32,000 bases of DNA, taken from assembly GCA_938028705.1 (NCBI GenBank), contig CALIZI010000411.1, positions 4,915 to 36,914 of the forward strand. The letters run 5' to 3'. Below, one piece after another: positions 8,513 to 16,978 of this stretch. Below the pieces are notes generated by a model. That model made no database searches and was not told the DNA's origin. It was given only the letters and a program-made list of their open reading frames with translations. A program made the position numbers and the translations under genes. This DNA is from an uncultured Saprospiraceae bacterium. Its GTDB lineage: Bacteria; Bacteroidota; Bacteroidia; Chitinophagales; Saprospiraceae. The number at the start of each line of letters is the position of its first letter. The stretch's first letter is position 1.

Positions 8513-9252
8513 CCCAAATTCAAAGACAAACCCTCCACATCATATAAAAACTCTGCTGTATGGATACTTGATGTACGCAAATCTTCATAAGTCATTTCCA
8601 TACTGGTGTCCAGTTTTTCGATAGTCGTAACGCTGACGGTACGCAAAAAACCACGCTCGGTACGCAGGTCGGTGATGGGATTACCGTCTCCGGCAGTTTT
8701 ATGAAAATTTCGGATGCTATCTTTCTGGTAATCAGCATTTTGTGCCAACCAATTATCAAACCACGCTTGGCGTTTTTGGTGCATGACATCATCGTATAAG
8801 GTTGCCGACGACCAAATCTGCGGTTCATGTGCGAGCGATTTGACATGCCGTTCTTGTCCATCCCAACGCAATTCCCAACGACGCAAACCCGCCTGCCAAT
8901 CAAAAGCAACAATCGTAAAAGGTTCTATATTATCCAGTAAATAATTATGCAGAAAATCCTCAAAATCATTTGCCGTCAATGCGTCTAATACCACTTGTCC
9001 GCGACTCATCCGGTAAGGTAATTCGCGCTTATGAAGTACAAAAGCACCATTCATCAGACAAATCACCCGTCCGTTTTTTTCCATACCAATCCAAGTACCG
9101 CCTGCCTCGCCATCCTTTGGAAAAATCAGGTTTTTTCCAGCAACAGTATAGGTTTTGGGAGCAAGTGCGGGTTTCCGCTTCACGCCCTCGTCACGATTGG
9201 AGGTGAGTATAAAATTGTCGCCGTTGAGCGGCAAATAGCTTACTGTGCACAT
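8509..9252 (-). CDS. NRDE-family (TANGO2/DUF833-like) protein
   Basis: The N-terminus MCTVSYLP...ILTSNRDE is typical of the NRDE family. Length is 247 aa. Its stop overlaps the convergent TPR stop (CTAA at 8509-8512). Confidence 0.7.
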   Translation of the reverse strand: MCTVSYLPLNGDNFILTSNRDEGVKRKPALAPKTYTVAGKNLIFPKDGEAGGTWIGMEKNGRVICLMNGAFVLHKRELPYRMSRGQVVLDALTANDFEDFLHNYLLDNIEPFTIVAFDWQAGLRRWELRWDGQERHVKSLAHEPQIWSSATLYDDVMHQKRQAWFDNWLAQNADYQKDSIRNFHKTAGDGNPITDLRTERGFLRTVSVTTIEKLDTSMEMTYEDLRTSSIHTAEFLYDVEGLSLNLG

Positions 9253-9752
9253 GCCTCGCGGTATTCAATGGTGGAAGGAGCAACTCCAAGATTCGGGTCC
9301 ACATCAAAGTCAGGGAAATGTACCCGTAAACCCATTTTTACAATCGCCAAATGATGTATCGAATGCTCAAAAGCATACAACAATTCTCGTCCGACAGAAG
9401 AAGTCATGGCTTCGCCATTCGGTTCGTCGGGAGCATTCATACCTTGCAAGACTTTGACAGCTTGGTATAGATCCAATGCGTGAATACCCGAAATCAAATC
9501 ACAAAAACAATTGTCGCAATAATGCGTTTCGGTTTGTATGCGTAGGTCTCGTTCGCGCTTATCATAATTGATTAAACCTTCTTTGGCACCGCTAATCAGG
9601 CAAGCATAAAAACCATGTATATGACGGACATGTTGACCAATTGTACTGTCGGAAAATACCTCTAAAGGTTGGGCATACATTTCATCGTTAAGTCTGTGCA
9701 ACAAGTCACAAACCTGTTGGATAATACCTTCTGCATCTTGTTTTAAATTCAT
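9240..9752 (-). CDS. DinB-like (four-helix-bundle, His-triad) protein
   Basis: 170 aa with the His-containing motifs HVRHIHGFY and FEHSIHHLAIV. It overlaps the downstream NRDE gene by 13 bp. Confidence 0.55.
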   Translation of the reverse strand: MNLKQDAEGIIQQVCDLLHRLNDEMYAQPLEVFSDSTIGQHVRHIHGFYACLISGAKEGLINYDKRERDLRIQTETHYCDNCFCDLISGIHALDLYQAVKVLQGMNAPDEPNGEAMTSSVGRELLYAFEHSIHHLAIVKMGLRVHFPDFDVDPNLGVAPSTIEYREACAQ

Positions 9753-9780
9753 ATTTTTCTAGTAAAACTTTGTAAAGATA

Positions 9781-9947
9781 ACTGGACTTTGGACATTGGG
9801 AAATTAGGTAAAACACTCACTATCAACAACTTATGTTAATTTGTATTTATATAAAATTAATTTTATTGTAATTTTTATTCTACTGATAAATAACAAATTA
9901 TGTCTTCGTTAGCCTAATTTCCCAGTTACCTAATGTCCAAAGTTCAG
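9781..9947. mobile_element. MITE-like element with heptamer-built arms and an 8-bp TSD (TAAAGATA)
   Basis: The left arm ACTGGACTTTGGACATTGGGAAATTAGGT (9781-9809) pairs with the right arm at 9911-9947, which carries a 9-nt insertion. The loop is AT-rich and about 100 bp. TAAAGATA occurs at 9773-9780 and at 9948-9955. Confidence 0.65.
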
Positions 9948-10150
9948 TAAAGATAAGCATTAAACGCTTTGTTTTAAATATTTTAGTTCTCTAAAGCGCG
10001 AAATTCTATAAATATACGCATTCTATCTGTCCATTTGCAGACGTTTTGTCTTATTCAAAAAAATTAGAAAACAGAAACCATACCAATCCTTGAATAATTT
10101 TATAAACAATCTCAATCATAAATTGTATATTTGTTCTTGTAAAAAAGTTC

Positions 10151-10260
10151 ATGGCTGATAGTTCATGGTTCATAGTTGATAATATCTATGAATTTCGTTC
10201 TACTTCACGTTGTTCTGTCAACTATGAACTATCAACTATGAACCATGAACTATCAGCCAT
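10151..10260. repeat. Perfect 29-bp inverted repeat made of tandem heptamers, ending inside the ALDH start codon
   Basis: ATGGCTGATAGTTCATGGTTCATAGTTGA (10151-10179) is the exact reverse complement of TCAACTATGAACCATGAACTATCAGCCAT (10232-10260). The 7-nt periodicity reads ATGGCTG/ATAGTTC/ATGGTTC/ATAGTTG. Confidence 0.9.
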
Positions 10261-11674
10261 GACAGCAATTAGCACTTTAGTACCTTCGCAGACGGCATAT
10301 ATCGCCGAACTCGTTGAAAAACAACGCAAATACTTCGCCGGCAATGCTACGAAAAATGTTGATTTTCGCATTCAACAATTAAAAAAATTACGCGAATTAA
10401 TTATCAAAAATGAGCGTGTATTTCTGGATGCACTCTACAAAGACCTTCGCAAATGTGATACGGAAGGCTACCTCACCGAGATTGGTTTTGTACTGAATGA
10501 TTTGGACGAAGCCATTGCTCATACCAAGAAATGGGCAAAGCCCAAATCTGTGCCTACGCCATTGTTTCATGCCAAAGCATCAAGCCATATACAGTCCGAA
10601 CCTTACGGCAATGTCTTGATTATTGCACCTTGGAATTACCCCTTTCAGTTGCTGCTCGCACCAATGGTCGGTGCGATGTCTGCGGGCAATACGGTGATTG
10701 CCAAACCTTCGGAATATGCTCCGCACACCGCTAAGGCAATAGCTGATATGATTGCTAATAATTTTTCGGAAGAATATATCGCCATAGTCGAAGGAGCAGT
10801 ACCCGAAACACAGGCTCTGTTGAATGAAAAATTTGACTATGTATTCTTTACAGGTAGTACCGAAGTGGGGCGCATCGTATATCAGGCAGCCGCCAAACAT
10901 CTGACTCCCGTCACGCTCGAACTGGGCGGCAAAAGCCCCTGCATTGTGGATGAACGGATACACATTCCATACTCTGCCAAGCGCATTATGTCAGGCAAAT
11001 TGATGAACTGCGGACAGACCTGCATTGCACCCGATTACCTGTTGATACACGAAAAAGTGAAGGACGATATGGTGGCGGAAATGAAAAAACAAATTGAGGC
11101 TTTTTACACCAAAAATCCGCAAGAAAGTGAGGATTACGGACGCATTATCAATAAAAAACACTTCAACAGACTCAAACGCCTAATGGATAGCGGACAAGTG
11201 ATTTACGGCGGTCAGACGGATGAAGATGATTTATATATTGCTCCTACCCTATTGGATGATGTGGCGAAAGATGACCCTGTGATGCAAGAAGAAATCTTCG
11301 GTCCTATCCTTCCGATTTTGACTTATTCGCGCCTTGAAGATGCCATTCAATTTATCAATGAACGCTCTAAGCCGCTGGCATTATACATGTTTTCAAAAAC
11401 ACAAAAAAATATCGACAAAGTGATGACCGAAACCAGTGCAGGCGGCGTGAGTATCAATGATACTCTGATGCACATCGCCAATCCTAATCTACCCTTCGGC
11501 GGTGTGGGCGACAGCGGCATTGGTGCTTATCACGGAGCAGCTTCTTTCGATACATTTTCACACAAGAAAAGCATCCTGCACAAGTCATTTATACTTGATG
11601 CACCTGTACGGTATGCGCCTTATGCGAAGAATGAGAAATTATTACGAAATATGTTGAGATATCTTAATAAATAA
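10259..11674 (+). CDS. Aldehyde dehydrogenase (class-3-like, NAD(P)+)
   Basis: Motifs ELGGKSP, FTGSTEVG, catalytic Cys in NCGQTCIAPDY, EEIFGP. It is 472 aa from ATG 10259 (MTAISTL...). The track start at 10151 would translate the heptamer palindrome. Confidence 0.9.
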   Translation: MTAISTLVPSQTAYIAELVEKQRKYFAGNATKNVDFRIQQLKKLRELIIKNERVFLDALYKDLRKCDTEGYLTEIGFVLNDLDEAIAHTKKWAKPKSVPTPLFHAKASSHIQSEPYGNVLIIAPWNYPFQLLLAPMVGAMSAGNTVIAKPSEYAPHTAKAIADMIANNFSEEYIAIVEGAVPETQALLNEKFDYVFFTGSTEVGRIVYQAAAKHLTPVTLELGGKSPCIVDERIHIPYSAKRIMSGKLMNCGQTCIAPDYLLIHEKVKDDMVAEMKKQIEAFYTKNPQESEDYGRIINKKHFNRLKRLMDSGQVIYGGQTDEDDLYIAPTLLDDVAKDDPVMQEEIFGPILPILTYSRLEDAIQFINERSKPLALYMFSKTQKNIDKVMTETSAGGVSINDTLMHIANPNLPFGGVGDSGIGAYHGAASFDTFSHKKSILHKSFILDAPVRYAPYAKNEKLLRNMLRYLNK

Positions 11675-11816
11675 AAAATTATTTTTATTATTATTTAAAA
11701 TAAATTATGTAATTAATTCATTTTTAAAATAAAGAGCAAATTTTAGGCTACCCATCTAACGTTGGACACTTTGATAATCAGCGAGTTACAAACACATTGA
11801 AATTCAAGTGATTGTA

Positions 11817-11858
11817 ACAACTATGAACTATGAACTGTCCAACCATGAACTGATAGTC
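11817..11858. repeat. Third heptamer array (TGAACTA type)
   Basis: ACAACTA TGAACTA TGAACTG TCCAACCA TGAACTG ATAGTC. It has the same orientation and unit type as the array at 10218-10260. Confidence 0.7.
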
Positions 11859-11864
11859 AAATTT

Positions 11865-11900
11865 TACTCGCCTTGCATTTTGAAAAATGCAAGGCGAGTA
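11865..11900. repeat. Hairpin with TTTTGAAAAA centre
   Basis: TACTCGCCTTGCATTTTGAAAAATGCAAGGCGAGTA has a 15-bp stem. It shares the core CCTTGCATTTTGAAAATGCAAGG with 7002-7034. Confidence 0.85.
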
Positions 11901-11999
11901 GGCTTCCCGATAACTTATAATATCGTAAGATTTTCAAAATGTCTGACAGGTTTTAGCTCAAATTCCAAGTGTAATTTTTTTACATGCGACTAACACAAA

Positions 12000-13586
12000 A
12001 TGACACCAGTGAAAAAAATACTTTTAACCATATTATCCATTTTTATAGCCCTTTTTTCCACTGCTCAAATATCTTATGAAAATAGGATTGAATTTGAACT
12101 TAAAGACGGATATTCGGGAGAACGCATTATCCAATGTGGAGAAAACGGCTTCATTATACGCTCAAGAAAAGATAAAAATTCGGGGAGCGATATTGTCCGA
12201 AAATATGAATTATTCGATACCAATTTGCAAGCTGTAAAGACCCAAGAAATTTTGATACATAAAAAATTCAAAGTCTCGGCTACTCATTATACGGATGATT
12301 ATATTCATACATTATACACAAGTAATAAAGGTAAGTATATTCTTGTGGCGCTTACGATGCCTTCTTTAGAAGTAAGGACTGTAAAGGGTAAATTTCCTTC
12401 CAAAGCACTTGCAACAAACATGGAGACGATTGGTGATTATGCTTTTTTGAAAATGTCTAAAAATGATGAGGTCTTTCCCTTGCATGGACTTCCTAAAAAA
12501 TCAGAACACCTTTTTGCCATTAACTGGAAAGAGGATGAAAAGACAGCTGATTTAGATGTTTTAGATGATTTTAATGCCCGAAGAACCTCTATAATCAGTA
12601 TGCAATCCGGTGATAATGAACTCATAATACATGCAGAGGGCAGAAGGTGGACGAATACAGAGGATTATATGGTGTATTTTGATGATACAGGTAAAAAACT
12701 GGAAGAGGTGAAGCTCAATACAGATTATGATATTGTGAATATTTCTACCAACAAACTTAGTTATCATCAACGAGTGCTTACCGGAACTTACGGAAAAGGG
12801 GCATATTCAGATGGTGTATTTTTTAGTATCAATAATAATATAACTTCTTCCAATATTCATAAATTTACGGATTTAGATCATTTCTTTTCATATCTGAATG
12901 TAGCAAGACAAGGATTTATCAAAAGAAAAAAGGAGAAAAAAGAGCAAAAAGGTAAGGATTTCAAAAAGAGTTATCTAATGGTAGCACATGACATCATGCC
13001 TTTGGACGATGGTTATTTATTGATAGCAGAAGCCTGTTATCCAACCCACAGAACTATCCCCAATTTGGCTTATAATCGGGAAATACAACCTGCTGTGGGA
13101 GTTCAAATCAACCTCAATCGTTCAGCCAATACCGACTACCTCAATAGAAGGTCACAGACAGCTTACTCCACTATTTTTGATGGTTATCAATATACACATG
13201 CAATAATATTAAAATTTGATAAGGAAGGCAATAAAGAGTGGGACCAAACATTTAGGATGCGGGTAATACATAAGCCTTATCTGCCCATAAAATTTATACA
13301 TACCACAGAAAAAAATAATAATGGTATCAAACTTATTTTCAATACGGGGCAGTTTATTATCTCAAAAAATATCCGTTATGACGGAAAAATTCTGCAAGAC
13401 GATACATACGAAGAAATAAAAACAATCTACGAGGCTGACAAAGAAATGTGGACATCTGCCACTGTCAATCATTGGTACAATAATTATTTCATCGCTTATG
13501 GATGGCAGAAACTCAAAAATAAAGAAAACGAAGAAGTCAAAGGAAAACGCAAAGTCCTCTTTGTCAATAAAATTAAATATGAATAA
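12000..13586 (+). CDS. Hypothetical secreted protein (no domain recognised)
   Basis: ORF track, 528 aa. It has a signal peptide (MTPVKKILLTILSIFIALFSTAQ), a Lys-rich patch KRKKEKKEQKGKDFKK, and AT-rich codon usage. Confidence 0.7.
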   Translation: MTPVKKILLTILSIFIALFSTAQISYENRIEFELKDGYSGERIIQCGENGFIIRSRKDKNSGSDIVRKYELFDTNLQAVKTQEILIHKKFKVSATHYTDDYIHTLYTSNKGKYILVALTMPSLEVRTVKGKFPSKALATNMETIGDYAFLKMSKNDEVFPLHGLPKKSEHLFAINWKEDEKTADLDVLDDFNARRTSIISMQSGDNELIIHAEGRRWTNTEDYMVYFDDTGKKLEEVKLNTDYDIVNISTNKLSYHQRVLTGTYGKGAYSDGVFFSINNNITSSNIHKFTDLDHFFSYLNVARQGFIKRKKEKKEQKGKDFKKSYLMVAHDIMPLDDGYLLIAEACYPTHRTIPNLAYNREIQPAVGVQINLNRSANTDYLNRRSQTAYSTIFDGYQYTHAIILKFDKEGNKEWDQTFRMRVIHKPYLPIKFIHTTEKNNNGIKLIFNTGQFIISKNIRYDGKILQDDTYEEIKTIYEADKEMWTSATVNHWYNNYFIAYGWQKLKNKENEEVKGKRKVLFVNKIKYE

Positions 13587-13644
13587 AATCTTTGTCACCA
13601 ATACCACAACACAACGAAACTACAACACTACAATACTAAATAAC

Positions 13645-14742
13645 ATGGAAGAATTAACACCAACAGAAGGTCATAAGTATCAACCGGAGGAAAACCCAAT
13701 CACACCACCTGTCGAAGTACCGCAGGAAGTACCCGAAGCGGAACAGGTCGTCGCGCCCGCAGAGGAAGAAGCGCAATGGGGCAGAAACCGGCTCAATGTT
13801 GACCCTATCAGCGATGCCGTTGACCGTATCAAAGACGAGATTCATAAGGTCGTCATCGGGCAGGAAAATATGCTGGATTTGCTCGTCGTAGCCATGCTAT
13901 CGGGCGGACACGTATTGCTTGAGGGCGTTCCCGGTATCGCCAAGACCTTGACTGCCAAGTTGCTGGCACAGACCGTTGATACGGGTTTTTCGCGGATTCA
14001 ATTTACGCCCGACCTCATGCCGAGCGATGTGGTGGGTACGACGGTTTTTAATATGAAAACTTCGGATTTTACCTTCAATCAAGGACCGATTTTTTCCAAT
14101 ATCGTCCTCGTAGATGAAATCAATCGCGCACCCGCCAAGACGCAATCCGCTTTGTTTGAGGTCATGGAAGAACAGCAAGTCACCATCGACGGCACGACCC
14201 ACAAAATGAGTTTCCCATTCATGGTACTCGCCACACAAAACCCTATCGAACAGGAAGGCACTTACAAATTGCCCGAAGCGCAGCTTGACCGTTTTCTTTT
14301 TCGCATCCTCCTCTCCTACCCTTCGCTCGAAGAGGAAATTGAGATACTCGAACTCTTCAAAGATGACTTCTCCAGCAAGGTCAGCGCAGATGTAAAAACC
14401 GCTGTCACTGCCACCCAACTCGCCGAATACCGCGAACTCATCGAGCAAGTCCACATACGCCCGGAATTGCTGAAATATATCGCCGAAATCATCCATAATA
14501 CCCGCAATAATGGCGACCTTTTCTTAGGTGCATCGCCACGCGCCTCACTCGCCATCATGCGTACCGCCAAAACAAAAGCCGCCATGAGTGGGCGCGACTT
14601 TGTAACGCCCGATGATATTCGTTTTGTGGTATCGCCCGTGCTGAATCACCGTATTATCCTCACGCCGGAACGCGAGATGGAAGGCTTTACTGTGGAGGAT
14701 GTGATTGGGGATATTTTGGAGAAGATTGAGGTGCCGAGGTAA
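13645..14742 (+). CDS. MoxR-family AAA+ ATPase
   Basis: Walker A GVPGIAKT, Walker B VLVDEINRA, ATQNPIEQEGTYKLPEAQLDRF. I placed the start at ATG 13645 (MEELTPTEG), which follows an A/C-rich leader. Alternative in-frame starts are 13579 and 13498. It carries a roughly 45-aa Pro/Glu-rich N-terminal extension. Confidence 0.9.
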   Translation: MEELTPTEGHKYQPEENPITPPVEVPQEVPEAEQVVAPAEEEAQWGRNRLNVDPISDAVDRIKDEIHKVVIGQENMLDLLVVAMLSGGHVLLEGVPGIAKTLTAKLLAQTVDTGFSRIQFTPDLMPSDVVGTTVFNMKTSDFTFNQGPIFSNIVLVDEINRAPAKTQSALFEVMEEQQVTIDGTTHKMSFPFMVLATQNPIEQEGTYKLPEAQLDRFLFRILLSYPSLEEEIEILELFKDDFSSKVSADVKTAVTATQLAEYRELIEQVHIRPELLKYIAEIIHNTRNNGDLFLGASPRASLAIMRTAKTKAAMSGRDFVTPDDIRFVVSPVLNHRIILTPEREMEGFTVEDVIGDILEKIEVPR

Positions 14743-14773
14743 GGAAGTTTAAGTTTAAGTTACGCCAAAAAGT

Positions 14774-15259
14774 ATGCATTGGAATGAAAAAATAGATGTG
14801 ATGAAAAAAACTTTTTCGGACGAAGAGTTTTCTGTTCCACACATCGACAGAAAACGGATTTTAATAGAAATCGAAAATAAGTTCATCGCTCGTTCATATG
14901 ATTACTATAGTCTCAATAATCATAGCATCACATTTGGTGAATGGTGGGATAATATTGATAAACCCATTGAAATAAATACTCGCTTACAGTATTCCGAAAT
15001 ACTGGATATATTAATTTTACCGAATGAAGATGTTTGGATTGCTGCTGAATTTCACCATGGATATATTCTGATTTATAAGGCAAAATTAAAAGCATTAAAG
15101 TACTTAATCGATATTGGACGCACTTGGGCGAGTAAGTTTCATCTCATTGGAGTAAAATACGATTGCATGTTTAGCCTTAACATTACAAATAATATTACTC
15201 AAATTAAAATAGCTGATGACAATCAGACGTTAAAAAGGAGGTTGGTGAAATCTATATGA
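14774..15259 (+). CDS. Hypothetical protein, 161 aa (no domain recognised)
   Basis: ORF track. It is co-directional, 31 bp after moxR, AT-rich, and has no signal peptide. Confidence 0.55.
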   Translation: MHWNEKIDVMKKTFSDEEFSVPHIDRKRILIEIENKFIARSYDYYSLNNHSITFGEWWDNIDKPIEINTRLQYSEILDILILPNEDVWIAAEFHHGYILIYKAKLKALKYLIDIGRTWASKFHLIGVKYDCMFSLNITNNITQIKIADDNQTLKRRLVKSI

Positions 15260-15325
15260 CAAAATAGGAGCATCATACCAAGAAAAATTACATCATTTTA
15301 AGCCCTAATACAAATTCTGCCCACT

Positions 15326-16210
15326 GTGCAAAAACTCATCCTATTTTGCTTTTTATTGACAGTCATTTTTTCCTGTAAAAATGAGGAAAAACGCCCATAT
15401 TGCCCACAAAACCCTGATGAACGAGGCAAGAAAGTCATCAACTACTATTTGAATGATTCTATTTGGGTAGATTACAGCCGACAAGTCAAAAATTTTCCAA
15501 CATCAGAAAAGGATTCGGTATATCGTTTTCGTGGAATGAGTGGTTGGGGGACATTTGATTTTCTTTGCTCTGTTTACAATTCAGATGGTGGATATTTACT
15601 GGAATTAACTCACGAAGATTTATCTCCTGCGGGAAAAGATGATAAAAGTGTTATTAGAACAACGACTCCCATCACACGAGACTTATGGAATGACTTTGTA
15701 TATACGATTGATACACTAGGTTTTTGGTGTGAGGAATACGATATGTTTAAGCGATTTGACATAACATCCATTGATGCTGATGTGTTTTTTACGATTGCAA
15801 AAGAACAGGATAGTATGCGTGTAGTAAAATGGCAACTTGCCCCAAGAAGCCAGTACAAAGATCCTGATTACGAGAAATATAAACAAACAACGGATTCTTA
15901 TATTAGATTAATTTCCAAAGGATTAAGAGCCGGGAACTATCCACTTGCAAAAGGAATAGTAGAGTATAAAAAAGATGGAGATAGCATAAAGATTCAAGCC
16001 TATAATTGGCGATACGAATATTATTTATTGGAGGACGTTGACATTATTTTTAATGGAAAAAGTCTTATAGATAATAATGGTTTTGGTATAATGAAAATCC
16101 ACAAATCAGATTTAGATACATTGAAAAGCATACAATTCGTAGAACAGTATCACGATGGCACGATACGTACCTTCTATCCCCACGAAATAAAAGAAATCAA
16201 ACCGAAATAA
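15326..16210 (+). CDS. Hypothetical lipoprotein, 294 aa
   Basis: ORF track with a GTG start. MQKLILFCFLLTVIFSCKNEE is a signal peptide plus lipobox Cys. No domain recognised. Confidence 0.6.
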   Translation: MQKLILFCFLLTVIFSCKNEEKRPYCPQNPDERGKKVINYYLNDSIWVDYSRQVKNFPTSEKDSVYRFRGMSGWGTFDFLCSVYNSDGGYLLELTHEDLSPAGKDDKSVIRTTTPITRDLWNDFVYTIDTLGFWCEEYDMFKRFDITSIDADVFFTIAKEQDSMRVVKWQLAPRSQYKDPDYEKYKQTTDSYIRLISKGLRAGNYPLAKGIVEYKKDGDSIKIQAYNWRYEYYLLEDVDIIFNGKSLIDNNGFGIMKIHKSDLDTLKSIQFVEQYHDGTIRTFYPHEIKEIKPK

Positions 16211-16249
16211 TTTTATGTGAAACATTTGAAAAATCCCTATCTTTATCAA

Positions 16250-16375
16250 ATGAACACAAAGCAAAGCCAATTCCTATTTCTCCTCTCCATCATCATCTTG
16301 CTTGCTGCATATGTAAATGCCTCTTCTCCTACACTCACCGGGCAAATAAGTGTTCATAACTTTCCCGATATTTGA
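16250..16375 (+). pseudogene. Orphan duplicate of the first 41 codons of the downstream glycoside hydrolase gene
   Basis: MNTKQSQFLFLLSIIILLAAYVNASSPTLTGQISVHNFPDI* compares with MNTNQSQFLPILSIIILLSACVNAPSPTPTAQISVHDFPDI at 16979-17101. By hand count there are about 17 mismatches in 126 nt and no indels. The lipobox Cys is replaced by Tyr. Confidence 0.7.
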
Positions 16376-16381
16376 GCGAAG

Positions 16382-16404
16382 TATTCGAATAATCCGTATC
16401 TTTA
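16382..16404 (+). promoter_or_regulatory. Candidate TA operator palindrome plus a Bacteroidota-type -7 box
   Basis: TATTCGAATA (16382-16391) is a perfect 10-bp palindrome. TATCTTTA (16397-16404) resembles the TAnnTTTG -7 consensus and lies 14 nt before ATG 16418. Confidence 0.35.
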
Positions 16405-16417
16405 CAAAAAAGAAAAC

Positions 16418-16636
16418 ATGAGTACAACGCAAATCATAGCAACAATCCGTCAACTGCCTATCGCAGAACAACGGCAAATTGCTCACGCCATTCTCAAAAA
16501 TACAGAAGTACAAAACTCTGTAAATGAGACACTTAATTCAGACGAAGAAGAAATAAGAAAATTTGTCTCCAACTCAGACGCATTTGAATTTTGGCAAGAT
16601 GAGCGTGAAGATATTTATCAAGATTATTTGAAATGA
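16418..16636 (+). CDS. Antitoxin-like small acidic protein (addiction-module component type)
   Basis: 72 aa. The N-terminal IATIRQLPIAEQRQIAHAIL resembles the LPxxER helix of putative addiction-module components. There is an acidic tail and a 4-bp ATGA overlap with the toxin gene. Confidence 0.6.
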   Translation: MSTTQIIATIRQLPIAEQRQIAHAILKNTEVQNSVNETLNSDEEEIRKFVSNSDAFEFWQDEREDIYQDYLK

Positions 16637-16962
16637 TACAAACAGGAGATATTGTACTTATTCCTTTTCCCTTTACAGATTTATCCAATGTAAAGGTCAG
16701 ACCTGCCGTTGTCGTGACATTGACCAAAAATACACACCAAGATGCTGTCGTTTGCGCTGCGAGTTCCGTTATTCCAACTACACTTTCAGATAATGAATTT
16801 ATCGTATCTTCCGGTGGAACAAATCAATTGAGGGCAATATCAGTCATCAAAGTAGATAGAATCGTCACTTTAAAACAGCAAAATATCATAGCCCAACTCG
16901 GTAATCTAAATGCAACGGAACTTCAAGTATTCAAAGAAAAATTTAAGGCATTGGTTGATTAG
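16633..16962 (+). CDS. PemK/MazF-family type II toxin (endoribonuclease)
   Basis: MIQTGDIVLIPFPFTDLSNVKVRPAVVV... is the canonical PemK/MazF N-terminus. Length is 109 aa. Confidence 0.85.
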   Translation: MIQTGDIVLIPFPFTDLSNVKVRPAVVVTLTKNTHQDAVVCAASSVIPTTLSDNEFIVSSGGTNQLRAISVIKVDRIVTLKQQNIIAQLGNLNATELQVFKEKFKALVD

Positions 16963-16978
16963 ACCAAACCGAACGAAA

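Noticed and set aside
10151-10258. A 36-aa N-terminal extension of the ALDH ORF (track start 10151)
   Set aside because: It translates a perfect heptamer palindrome (SSWFIVDN..NYELSTMNHELSA). Starting at ATG 10259 gives a normal-length class-3 ALDH.
13498-13644. Upstream starts for moxR (13498 or 13579)
   Set aside because: The extra residues are low-complexity translation of an A/C-rich leader and overlap the preceding gene. The 13579 start, with its overlap onto the upstream stop, cannot be fully excluded.
16910-16978. A 23-aa extension of the glycoside hydrolase ORF overlapping the toxin gene
   Set aside because: The signal peptide and lipobox begin at Met 16979. The duplicated 5' fragment at 16250 also begins at that ATG.
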